From the NCBI GenBank assembly GCA_964016885.1, contig OZ024742.1, positions 302,746,001 through 302,810,000 of the forward strand: DNA of 64,000 nt, written 5' to 3'. Of the stretch, positions 12,488-24,494 are shown piece by piece. The position numbers were made by a program, and so were the translations under genes. How positions within the stretch are numbered: position 1 is the first letter of the stretch; every line of letters begins with the position of its first letter. The DNA comes from Eledone cirrhosa (lineage: Eukaryota). The notes below the pieces were generated by a model. It searched no databases. It saw only the letters and a list, made by a program, of their open reading frames with translations, and was not told the origin of the DNA.

Positions 12488-12679
12488 CACTATCTATCCA
12501 TCTAATTTCGTTTTTATGTGTGTGTATGGTATTGGGTGATCACAAAATTATATAAACTAACTGTTGTTTTGTAAAAGCTGTTTCGCCAACTTGGCACTAT
12601 TGCGGTTTGGAGTATTATTTTATTTATTACCCTTTTATTATCATTATGTGCCTAAATTAGAAACCATTATTATTATTTT

Positions 12680-13048
12680 GGCAGTGGGTTGGCAGTATCG
12701 GTAGAGGGTCGGACGCCATACTTTCTAGCATAGAGTTACGTCCCTTTACGTTTTGAGTTCAAATCCCGCCAAGGTTAACTTTGCCTTTTCATCCTTACGG
12801 GGTCGATAAAATAAAGTACCAGTAATGTACTGGGATAATTGCTGGCTTTGTGTCAAAAGTAGAAACAATTATTATTATTTTGGCAGTATCGGTAGAGGGT
12901 CGGACGCCATGCTTTCCAGCATAGTTACGTCCCTTTATGGTCTGAGTTCAAAACCCGTCGAGGTCAACTTTTCCTTTCATCCTTATGGGGTCGATAAAAT
13001 AAAATACCAGTAATGTACTAGGTAATCGCTGGCCTTGTGCAAAAGTAG
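12680..13048 (+). mobile_element. Two tandem tRNA-derived Meta-like SINEs
   Basis: Same consensus as the 7505 copy. The units are about 12680-12878 and 12881-13048. Confidence 0.85.
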
Positions 13049-16015
13049 AAATAATAATAATAATAATAATAAAGATTTCATTTATTAGCCACAAGGGCCG
13101 ACATGTAGGGGACAATACAAAGACAGGGACAGTGCGGGTTTACAATAAGGTCGAGTAAAAGTGCACAATGGCAAGACTAATTTAACAATGAAAATATAAA
13201 AATATAAAATAAACTATGCATAAATATAACAAAATAAATTCCCCGATAGGGGTGGACGAGCCTGGGGTGACTCGGGTACCCCACCAATCCTGAATCACCC
13301 TGCGCTTCTAGGGCACCCAGGGAGAGCACCCCTCTCCTCAAGTTAGCTAGCCTATAGGCGCATGGTCAGAGTAGGCCCATTCACACGAGCCATTCTCGCC
13401 ACATTCACCCACCTTTTAGCAAATGTACTGAGGGGCAGCACTTCTCTCTCCACCATCACCTTCCTTTACAGGTGAAACTTGAAGAAGCTGATGAGGGATT
13501 GGCCCAAGAGAAAAGTGTCTGTCTTCAGTTCTTTTAACCTGGTCCACCATATAACCTCTTTCGCAACTATCACCAGACAGAGGAAAATGTCCTGCTCTTC
13601 CTGACCTAAGGAAGGCGGTGGATCGATCTTCACTATGGACTCGGCCGATAGCCGGATTCGTTCCACACGCGACAGTAACTGTTCGACATAACTCCACAAG
13701 TCAGTAATGCACGGACATTGGACAAATCCGTGCAGAACGGTTTCGTCGTTCTGTGCGCATCTTGGGCAGGTCCGTCTGACAGCACTTCCGTGCCTGTAGA
13801 GTTTATCCCGAACCGGCAGTGCCCCCCGGTAGCACTGCCAGGCGAGGGATTTCTGGAAATTGTCCATCCTCCCCGGCTCAAAAGTCCTCCGGTACAGACT
13901 GGTCAGTTCGACTTCATCGAGGTCCAAAGCTTCTCCAAGTGCTTCATCGCACTTGCCCACCACTAATCCTCTATAGAACTCGAGAGTGGAAGTTCCACTG
14001 ATCGCATTGCCCGCTTGGTAGAGAGCAGTGAGTGCCTGGCAACATTCCAGGTGCCAGTCAAAGAAATGAGCTGCGGAAAGGCCCGTCAGATAAACGGCGA
14101 CCACACCTGTTCACCGTTGAGGCAGAATTTCTGGAGATGTCGCAGCCTCAACGCATGTCTGCGCATCATTAGCCACGGCAAACCCAGCCCTCCGCGTAGA
14201 GGGTGCTGGCAGCAGATGGACCGCCTCACCAACAGAACTTGTCCTTTCCACAAGAATTTGAAGAGGAGCCGTTCCAACTTGACGAGGCGCGGACGGGGGC
14301 AAGGCACGACGGTCAGGCGGTAGTAGATGACGGACGCGATGTACGCATTCGCCACCTCCGCGCGACCTTTCAGTGATAGCTTCCTCCCAGCCCATTTTTG
14401 GGTGAGATTGGCTACTCTGCTCGTTACCTCGCTCCAATTCTTTTCCACGTGGAGGTCTGGTCCGAACCAAACCCGGAGCAACGTTACCGGTCCGTCCGTC
14501 CAGCGCCCCACGACGCTGTTGGACGGCATGGGTTTGCCTCTCCAGATTCCGAGCTGCAAGCTCACCGACTTTTTCGGTTTAAGTTTGGCTCCTGTCAACC
14601 TTTTATATTACTTAAATAAGGTGCCGACCACCTCGATTTCTGAGATGTTCTAAACCATCACGGTGATGTCGAGCCGCATAAGCCGACACCGCCTTTCCAC
14701 GTCCCGGTTCGAGCGGGATGCCCTGCAACAGCTCCAGCTTCCGCAGTAAAGGCTCGAGAGTCAATACGTACCGAAGGGAAGAGAGAGGGCACCTTTGACG
14801 GACCGATCGGGAGAGCCGAAATGGTTCCGAGAGGCGGCCATTAACCTTGACTACCGAGCGTCTGCCGCTGTGCATTGCAGCGATCCAGCTTCTGAAGACA
14901 GGGCCGAAGCCAGCTGCTTTGAGGACAAACTCCAGATACCGATGGTCGACCCTATCGAATGCTTTCGATTGATCTAAATTGATCAGTGTCCCACCGAAGC
15001 CAGGTTTACACCCTACCCTCTCTATGATGTATCGCATGAGGTGGAGTTTGTCGTGTATGGACCTGGCTGGGATTGCGTAAGTTTGCGCCTCCCCAACTAA
15101 ATCCTCGACGACAAGCGCCAATCTCTTTGCTAACACCTTGGCCAAAATCTTAAACTCTGTGTTGAGCAGAGTTATGGGCCTGAAGTTGTCTAATGTATCC
15201 CTCTTGTTTTGGTCTTTCCTTATCAGTGTCACCACTCCCCTGCTCACAGAACTGGGAATACTCCCATTCTGCTGCCAGTTGCAGTAAAGTGCTTCGAGGA
15301 GTTCGGAGAACAAGTCTGGCATATTTACGTAAAGCTCGTAGGGAAGGCCATCCAAACCGGGTGACTTGCGCCTTATGCAGCCGACAAGGGCATCCTGAAT
15401 TTCGGCTGAAGTAATCGGCCTTTCGCAGCGCTCAGCGTCGACCGCCGAGATGCGCAGCAAGCTGTCAAAGTAGGGACTGAAATCCGCTACTCTCTCTGAC
15501 TCGCCAGTCTCCCCGAACAACCGAGCAAAGTGCTGGCGAAAGGCCTCACACATCCGCTTGGAATCGCTTATCTCGTGTCCGTCTCGGTCCGCCAAAGACA
15601 GAATTGTGGTTTTATTTCCACGCTGCGCCTCCGCCACGCGGGCCCATCGAACAGCTTTAGTTCCCTCGTTTCTCAGCGCACGCGCCTTGGCTCTGACAAT
15701 GCAACCTTCGTGTTTGGCGTTGAAGAAATGGTCTAATGCCATTCTCGCCGCTAGCACGTCAGTTGCAATGCCACTACAAATAGCTTCGTCTAACTTATCT
15801 ACCAGCTCCCCCTCCTTTCTATTCTTCTCTAACGTTAGTTCTTTGCTGAACTCTATCGAAGTTACTCTAATTTCTCTTTTGAGAGCACCCCACCATCTGT
15901 TGTTGATGATCCCCCCTGTCAACTTTTGCTTAACTAAATTGTTGACTCGGTCCCTGTAAGCTTTACGTGCCGGAAATGACATTCTCAGCTTCCAATAACC
16001 CAGTTCTAACCTACG

Positions 16016-16017
<2 letters not shown>
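13049..16017 (-). mobile_element. 5'-truncated, decayed Tx1-clade (L1 group) element from a subfamily diverged from the plus-strand copies
   Basis: ORF pieces 14612-16017 (GYWKL, KSPGLDG, FRPITLLN, LDQSKAFDRVDH), 14086-14598 and 13466-14104 (CPRC...H...C). It ends in AATAAA and (ATT)n on its own strand. Confidence 0.92.
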
Positions 16018-16062
<45 letters not shown>

Positions 16063-16063
<1 letters not shown>

Positions 16064-16179
16064 ATCCTGTTTTTTTTGTTTTTTTTTACACGCAGAAATG
16101 CCCATTTGTACCGTCCTGTATTGTCCTGTACTGTCCTTAATGTCTACTTTGTGTAAACCCTTGTGGTTAATAAAGAAAG

Positions 16180-16225
<46 letters not shown>
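16063..16225 (+). mobile_element. Very short 3'-end stub of the Tx1 element with (ATT)n on both sides
   Basis: Matches the 3'UTR ends at 22100-22214 and 28062-28176. Confidence 0.9.
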
Positions 16226-16439
16226 GGCGACCTACGTAGTAAATCGTATCATCGTGAGCTCTGCAAAGGTTTGTTATTTTCAGTTGTTTAAAATTGCCAT
16301 TTATGGAACATTTTTATTGTTAACTGTATATAAGTGCACATACATTGTTATCTGAAAAGGACACCCAAAAAGATTGGGGCCTTGAGCCCAAAATTTAAAC
16401 TTTTATAATTATCAAACAAAGATTTTTCTTTGAAAAATC

Positions 16440-18555
16440 ATGGATGACTCAGATTCACACCTCCCTCACAAACTAACACCTCACATCGACACCACCATTG
16501 TAAATATTACTACGTTTGCCAACAATAAAAATATAAGCAGTAGCAATAGTTTAAATTTGTCTCAGGCAGACATTCATTTCCCGCCATTACCAATGACTGC
16601 AGGTGTTAAAGCCGCCACCCCACCACCAGCACCACAGCGACAACAGAAACAAAAGAACAAAATAAATTAACTCGAAATATCGAAATGAATTCAACCAAAA
16701 TGAACTCTTCCACACCGAACACCACTGACGCCACCACCACCACAACAGAAACTAAAATTAACAATAACAAAAATAACGATAACAACAACAGCAACAATGA
16801 AATGAAGAAAACCACCCTGAGTTTTGCCAGAGTAGCAAAAAAGTGCGAAGCATTCCAGTTAACTCAGGCGGAATTAGAAGAAGCCAAAAAAATGGTAAAG
16901 ACAGATGGGTACAGGGTCAGCATCACTCCCCTCCTCTACACTTTATAAAATGGAGGATAGGCGCCTATGCACCGTGTCTTATCGGACAATTAACATACAA
17001 TCGCGCCGAGTAGAACGGGCATCCGAGTCCCAAATCCAAAAAGCTTTGGGACATGTGTGGGCAAAAATAACCCACATCAGACGTGGGCAGAAATATGGAA
17101 CCGTGGACGTGTTCTTTGAAACACCACAGGAGGCCAGAGAACACTCCATGGCACCATTAAGAAGTGACGACTTCACACTCGTCCCAAGCTATTGTGGCCA
17201 GAGACTCGTGAAGATCAGGGTGACCCACGTTCCACCGGCCATCGAAATTCCCTGGCTAATAGCTGCCGTCCTCGCCGGCATCGAAGCCAACACCAAGATA
17301 ATCGAAATAGCGAAAGAAAAGCAGGAGAACTGGTCCGGATCTGGGATAGAGCTCCTGATCCAAGCGGACCAAAAATGCATTGAGGAGATCCCAGAGGTAA
17401 TAGACCTCACTGACGGCAGCCACCTCACCGTAATCGTCGAGGGCAGAAGGCCTATGTGTGTCGTTTGTGGTGAAGGAACCCACCTAAGGGCTTTCTGCCC
17501 TCAGGCTAAAAGGTTGAGAACACCTCTCTTACCCACCCCAGTGACTCAACCATCAACACCAGCAGCAGCAGAAATGGCAGCAACAACTGTAGCAGCAACA
17601 ACAGAAGCAACTGTAACAGCAACAACCCCAGCAACAGTAGCAAAACCAACACCACCACCACCCAACGCGCCAGAACTAGCACCAGCGCCTACACCATCCA
17701 CCACGCCACAACCAAAACCAAAGCCTGTGGAGGATTTTCCACTCCCCGACCTATCGCAACTGGAGACAGATTTTGACGACGAGGAGTGGGAAACGGTATC
17801 AGAAAAAAAGAGAAAAAGAAACCAAAAAAGAAAGAAATCCTCTTCCTTCCCCCTCCAAAAACAAAATACAGAGGGAAACAAATAAACTATCAAACAAAAA
17901 AGTTAGGACAGCTATGCCACCATCCACACCAGCATCACCAACCCCATCACCTCAAACACCAACACCTTCACCATCATTAACCCCAACACCACCATCACCA
18001 ACACCACAAAAGTCACCAAAAAGCGAAACAGAAACAAACACACAACAAACGCAAACAAAACAAAACAACCAAAGCGATACACACTACACAGCATTAAATT
18101 TGGTGGATTGGCAGTATCGGTAGAGGGTCGGACGCCATGCTTTCCAGCATAGTTACGTCCATTTACGATCTGAGTTCAAATCCCGCCGAGGTTGACTTTG
18201 CCTTTCATCCTTACGGGGTCGATAAAATAAAGTACCAGTAATGCACTGGGAAATTGTGCCTAAAGTAGAAACAATTAAATTTGAACAACAACCAATTATT
18301 ACACTATATCCAACACAACACCAGCATCACATAAAAAGACTACATACAACCCAAAAGTACACACCACCTCCACACATAAAAATCACTCGCATCACACAGA
18401 AAACGTACACGACACTAAAACAAAAATTCTCCAAAGACATCGGAGACTTCCGACAAGCACTCTCCAGGAGGATTTATAAGGACATCCTTCCGGAGGAGGC
18501 CACAAGCAGTGAAAAGGATGGAGAAACCATCCTTCCTCTCCGAGAAGTAAGGTAA
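16440..18555 (+). pseudogene. ORF1 of Tx1 copy 1 (frameshifts and a SINE insertion)
   Basis: Pieces are 16440-16670, 16685-16948, 16905-17885, 17773-18123 and 18241-18555. Zinc knuckle CVVCGEGTHLRAFC. Confidence 0.9.
18103..18273 (+). mobile_element. Meta-like SINE inserted in Tx1 ORF1 with a 10-bp TSD
   Basis: ATTAAATTTG occurs at 18093-18102 and 18274-18283. The empty site is in copy 2 near 24178-24187. Confidence 0.92.
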
Positions 18556-18589
18556 GTGGTCTTTCCCATCTTTTCCACTCCTTTTCAAC

Positions 18590-21500
18590 ATGACCTCACT
18601 CAGAATAGGCAGCATAAATGCGCGTGGCTTGGGGTCGTCATAGAAGCAGGGCCACCTGCTCAACGACCTCAGGTCACTAAACATAGATGTAGTGGCCATC
18701 AGCGAGACCAGAATCTCCGAAGCACAGGCCTTCGCACCGATCGGGGGGAGGAGTTGCTGTGCTTTTTCGGAGAGGTTTGGATCTCGCCATACGGGCCATC
18801 TTTCTGGACCTAGAGGGTAAGTTGGTGGTGCTGGACGTGACCAGCGGAGTAGGGCAAGCTTTCAGGCTAGTGGCCGTCTATGCCCCGACAGGAGCAGGGC
18901 GGCCTGATTTCTTCCGGCGTCTGGAGACGTTTCTTGGAACGTCCCGCTCTTTAGTGTTAGTGGGCGACTGGAACGGGATCTTAGATGCACGCTGGGACTG
19001 TGTGGGATTAGCGGATAGGGGTGGAGGGTGCAAGAGCCTCACCAACCTGCTCAGGCGTTTTGAACTGTCTGACAGGTACCGATTAGATTTCCCGAATGTG
19101 CCAATGTGGACTTGAACAAATCGCATAGGGTCATCCAGATCATATCTAGATAGAGTATTTTGTAGGGAAATAGATAGGTCTAGCATAGGCTGTCCACAAT
19201 TCAAGATAGTCAGCAACACGGACCACAAATTCGTGATCTGTGTGCTTGACTTAGATAGGCTTCATAGACGAGGACCCTGCTACTGGAAGCTAAACGCGTC
19301 CTTACCAGCGCGCAAAGCCTACAGAGACCGTATTAGCGAACTAGTTAAGCGGGCGTTGACGGGGGCCATCGTCAACAACAAGTGGTGGTTTGCTCTGAAA
19401 AGAGCGATTAGAATAGAATCCATTAGGTTTAGTAAGGCTTTAGCAATAGAGAAAAATAGAGCAGGGGGAGAACTAGTTAGAAAATTAGACGAGGCGCTTA
19501 GCAAAGGCATCGCGACCGACGTGCTTGAGGCGAAATTGGCCCCTGACCAATTCTTCAATGCAAAGCACGAAGGCTGCGTTGTCAGAGCTAGCGTGCGTGC
19601 TCTCAGACACGAGGGGACGAAAGCCATTCAATGGGCTCGAGTGGCGGAGGCGCGTCGTGGCAACAAAGCCACGATCTGGTCTTTGGTGGACCACGACGGG
19701 CGCATGCTACTCGATCCCGGGCAAATGTGTGAAGCTTTTCACCGACACTTCGCACAGCTGTTCGGCGATAGCGGTGGCCCGGGTCGAGGGATGGCCTTTA
19801 GTGTCTACCTCGACCGACTGCCGCGGCTCTCAGCCACTGAGGCGGAGTGCTGCGAAAAGCCGATAACAGCCGCTGAAGTACGGGAGGCAATGACTGGCTG
19901 CACAAGGGGTAAATCGACTGGTTTGGATGGCCTGCTCTATGAACTTTACGTACAGATGCCAGACCTGTTCGGAGGCCTCTTGGCGGCCGTCTACTGCAAC
20001 TGGCAACAGAACGGGAGAATTCCCAGCTCTGTGAGCCGAGGAGCTGTGGCGCTGCTGAGAAAGGATCCGAACAAGGGGGATAACATAGATAATTTCAGGC
20101 CCATAACTCTGCTAAACACAGAGTTTAAGATTTTGGCCAAGGTGCTAGCAAAGAGGTTGGTGCTTGTCGTTGGTGGTCTGGTGGGAGAGGCGCAGACATG
20201 CGCCATTCCCGACAGATCCACCCACGACAACCTCCACCTCATGCGATACATCGTAGAGAGGGTAGCTAGGGAACCTGGCACGGGTGGGTCCTTGATCAAT
20301 TTAGATCAGTCGAAAGCTTTCGATAGGGTCGACCATCGTTACCTAGCGGCAGTCCTGAGGGTGGCTGGCTTTGGGCCCGTCTTCAGAGGCTGGATCGCTG
20401 CCATGCACAGCGAGATTTGCTCTGTGGTGAGAGTGAACGGTCACCTTTCGGAACCGTTCAACATCATGCGCTCGGTCTGCCAAGGATGTCCCCTCTCGTC
20501 CCTCTTGTACGTATTGACTCTCGAGCCATTACTGCACAAACTGGAGACGTTGAGGGGCGTCCCGCACGAACTAGGATGCGGAAGATCCGTGTCAGCATAT
20601 TCGGACGAAATCACCGTAGTGGTGTCGAACGCCAAACACATCGAGGCGATCGGCACTACACTAAGAGAATACGAAACGGTGACAGGAGCAATGATCAACC
20701 AGGAAAAGTCAGTGGGCCTGTAGTTCGGCACCTGGAGAGGCAGGTCCATGCCGTCCAACTGCGTCGTCGGACGCTGGACGGACGGACCGGTTACATTGCT
20801 AGGGGTCTGGTTCGGTCCGGACCTTCAGACGGACAAAACTGGGACGAGGTGACGAGCAGGGTGGTTTCTCTCACCCAGAAATGGGCGGAGAGGAAGCTAT
20901 CCCTGAAAGGTCGAGCGGAGGTGGCTAACGCGTACATCGCGTCCGTCATCTGCTACCGCCTGACCGTCGTACCTTGTCCTAAGCCCCGCCTGACTGCGCT
21001 GGAGCGTTTGCTCTTTCGCTTTTTGTGGAAGGGATGCGCTCCGATGCTCAGGCGGTCCATCTGCTGTCAACACCCGCTACGTGGAGGGCTGGGCATGCCG
21101 TGGCTGATGATGCGCAGACACGCGCTCAGGCTACGACATCTCCACCTCTTTCTCGACGGTGATCAGGTGTGGTCGCCGTTTGCTAGACACGTATTTCCCC
21201 AGCTCGTTTCCTTGACGGAGCTGCAGTCCTGGATCAAGCGAAGACCGAGAGGGAGCGCCTGGAGACTGGAATGTCTTCAGGCGCTCACAGCCCTCGACCA
21301 ATCGGGCAATGTGATCGGTGGAAACTCCACCTCGGCGTTCTATAGAGGATTAGTGGAGGGGAAGAGCGACGACGTACTTGGGGAAACTCTAGGCGTCGAC
21401 GAAAATCAACTAGCCAATCTCTTCGGAAGAACTTTCGGGCCGGGACCTATGGACAACTTCCAGAAATCTCCGGCCTGGCAGTGCTAGCGAGGAGCCTTGC

Positions 21501-21963
21501 CAGTTCGGGATAAACTCTACAGGCATGGAGGTGCCGTCAGCCGGGCATTCCGAGATGCGCGCAGGGCGACGAAACCGTCCTGCACGCACTCGTCCAGTGT
21601 CCGAAAATTGCTGACTTGTGGGTTTATGTCGAACACCTGCTGTCGCATGTAGGACGGATCCGGCTATCATCTGAGTCCATCGTGAGGATTGCCCCGCCCT
21701 CCTCCTTTAGCCGGGAAGGGCAGGCAGTTATTATCTGTCTGGTGGCCATGGCGAAAGCGATAGTATGGTGGACACGTTTGAAAGGGCTGAAGACGAGCAC
21801 ATACCTCTTCGGTGATGCCCTGATTGACTTTTTCTAATTTCATTTGAAAAGGAAAATCAGAGTAGAGAGGGAAGTGCTCTCTTCCTAGCCTTTTGTTGAA
21901 AGATGGGTGAGAGAAGCAAGAATGGCCCGAGTGAATGGGCCTACTCTGAGTACGTATATGTAA
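18590..21963 (+). pseudogene. ORF2 (APE-RT-CCHC) of Tx1 copy 1, disrupted
   Basis: Stops near 18641, 19113 and 20721, a deletion near 18743, YADD changed to YSDE, and frameshifts relative to copy 2. Confidence 0.93.
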
Positions 21964-22446
21964 ATTAAAGGTGGAAAACTTGGAGAGGGCACTTGCCTTG
22001 GTGGTCAGGGTCACTGTGGCCTTTTACTGGGCTTTCTCCACAAATGTCCCTCCGAAGTCTACCCCCTATTGGGAATTTTTCATTGTTATTTTTTTTGTTA
22101 CATCCTCTGTTTTTGTTTTTTACACGCAGAAATGCCCATTTGTACCGTCCTGTATTGTCCTGCACTGTCCTTAATGTCTACTTTATGTAAACCCTTGTGT
22201 TTAATAAAGACATCATTATTATTATTATTATTATTATTGGCGACCTACGTAGTAAATCGTATCATCGTGAGCTCCGCAAAGGTTTGTTATTTCCGTTTGT
22301 TAAAAATTGCCATTTATGGAAAATTTTATTGTTAACTGTTTATAAGCACACATACATTGTTTTCCGAAAAGGACACCCAAAAAGATTGGGGCCTTGTGCC
22401 CAAAATTTTAACTTTTATTATTATCCAAAAATTTCTTTGAAAAAAA

Positions 22447-24460
22447 ATGGCTAATTCCCCTCTGCACGAAGCAGCTGAAAGCCTTCCTCACAAAATAACA
22501 CCTCACACCGACACCACCATTGTAAATGTTACTACGTTTGCCAACACAAAAAAAATATAAGCAGTAGCAATATTTTAAATTTGTCTCAGGCAGACATTCA
22601 TTTCCCGCCATTACCAATGACTGCAGGTGTTAAACCCTCCACCACCACCACCACCGCGACAACCACCACCACCACCACCACCGCGACAACCACCACCACC
22701 ACCACCACCGCGACAACAGAAACAAAAGAAGAAAAAAATAAATTAACTCGTGACGTCGAAATGAAATCAAGCAAAATAGACTCTTCCCCACCAAAGACGA
22801 CTGACGTCACCACCACCACAACTGAAAATAAAATTAATATTAACGATAGCAACAACAACAACAATGACATTATAAAACCGACCCTCAGTTTCGCCATCGT
22901 AGCAAAACAATTCGAAGCGTTCACGGTAACTCAAGAAGATTTAGAAAATGCCAAACAAATGGTAAAGAAAGATGGGTACAGGGTCAGCCTCACCCCCCCC
23001 CACCTAATAAAATGGAGCATCGGCGCCTGTGCACCGTGTCGTATAGAACAATAAATGTAAAATCGCGCCGAGTGGAACGGGCATCCGAGTCCCAAATCCA
23101 AAAAGCTTTGGGACATGTGTGGGCAAGAAAAACCCACATCAGACGTGGGCAAAAGTATGGAACCGTGGATGTGTTCTTTGAAACACCAGAGGAGGCTAGA
23201 GAACACTCCATGGCCCCATTAAAAAGTGACGACCTCACACTCGTCCCAAGCTATTGTGGCCAGAGACTCGTAAAGATCAGGGTGACCCACGTTCCACCGG
23301 CCATCGAAATTCCCTGGCTAATAGCGGCTGTCCTCGCCGGCATCGAAGCCAACACGAAAATAATAGCAGTAGCAAAAGAAAAGCAGGAAAACTGGTCCGG
23401 ATCTGGGATGGAGCTCCTGATCCAAGCGGACCAAAAAAGCATTGAGGAGATCCCAGAGGTAATAGACCTCACTGACGGCAGCCACCTCACGGTAATTGTC
23501 GAGGGCAGAAGACCTAGGTGTGTCGTTTGTGGTGAAGGAACCCACCTAAGGGCTTTCTGCCCTCAGGCTAAAAGATTGAGGCCACCTCTCCTACCCACCC
23601 CAGTGACACAACCATCAACACCACCAGTAGCAGAAATGGCAGCAACAACTGTAGCAGCAACAACAGAAGCAACTATAACAGCAACAACCCCAGCAACAGT
23701 AGCAAAACCAACACCACTACCACCACCAGCAAAACCAACACCACCACCACCCAACGCTTCAGAACTAGCACCAGCGCCTACACCATCCACCACACCACAA
23801 CCAAAAGTAACGGCTGTGGAGGATTTTCCACTCCCCGGCCTATCACAAGTGGAGACAGATTGTGACGACGAGGAGTGGGAAACGATATCCGGAAAAAAAA
23901 AAAGAAACCAAAAAAGAAAAAATTCTCTTCCTTCCCCCTCCAAAAACAAAATACAGAGGGAAACAAATAAACTAAGAAACAAAAAAGTTAGGACAGATAT
24001 GCCACCATCCACACCAGCATCACCAACCCCATCAACCCAAACACCAACACCATCACCATCATTATCCCCAGCACCACCATCACCTACACCACAAAAGTCA
24101 CCAAAATGCGAAACAGAAACAAACCCACAACAAACGCAAACAAAACAAAACAACCAAAACGATACACACTACACAGCATTAAATTTGAACAACAAGCAAT
24201 TATTACACTACATCCAACACAACACCAGCATCACAGAAAAAGACTACACAACAACCCCAAAATTCACACCACCTCCACACATACAAATCACTCGCATCAC
24301 ACAGAAAACGTACATGACACTAAAACAAAAATTCCCCAAAGACATCGGAGACTTCCGACAAGCACTCTCCAGGAGGATTTATAAGGACATCCTTCCTGAG
24401 GAGGCCACAAGCAGTGAAAAGGATGGAAAAGCCGTCCTTCCACTACGAGAAGTAAGGTAA
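22447..24460 (+). CDS. Tx1 ORF1 nucleic-acid-binding protein (RRM-like region, CX2CX4HX4C knuckle, Pro/Thr-rich tail). Two homopolymer frameshifts lie in the 5' part, and 23012-24460 is open (482 aa).
   Basis: Knuckle CVVCGEGTHLRAFC. ATG at 22447. The frame changes at the A-run near 22550 and the C-run near 22997. Confidence 0.85.
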
Positions 24461-24494
24461 GTGGTCTTTCCCATCTTTTCCACTCCTTTTCAAC

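Larger units (their letters stand above)
16226..22238 (+). mobile_element. Full-length Tx1-clade retrotransposon, copy 1 (inactivated)
   Basis: Colinear with 22239-28225. It starts GGCGACCTACGTAG and ends AATAAAGACATC(ATT)n. Confidence 0.95.

Noticed and set aside
22985-23015. Programmed ribosomal frameshift in ORF1, since both copies shift at the same place
   Set aside because: Copy 1 needs +1 and copy 2 needs -1, which fits independent indels or sequencing errors in a C-rich run.
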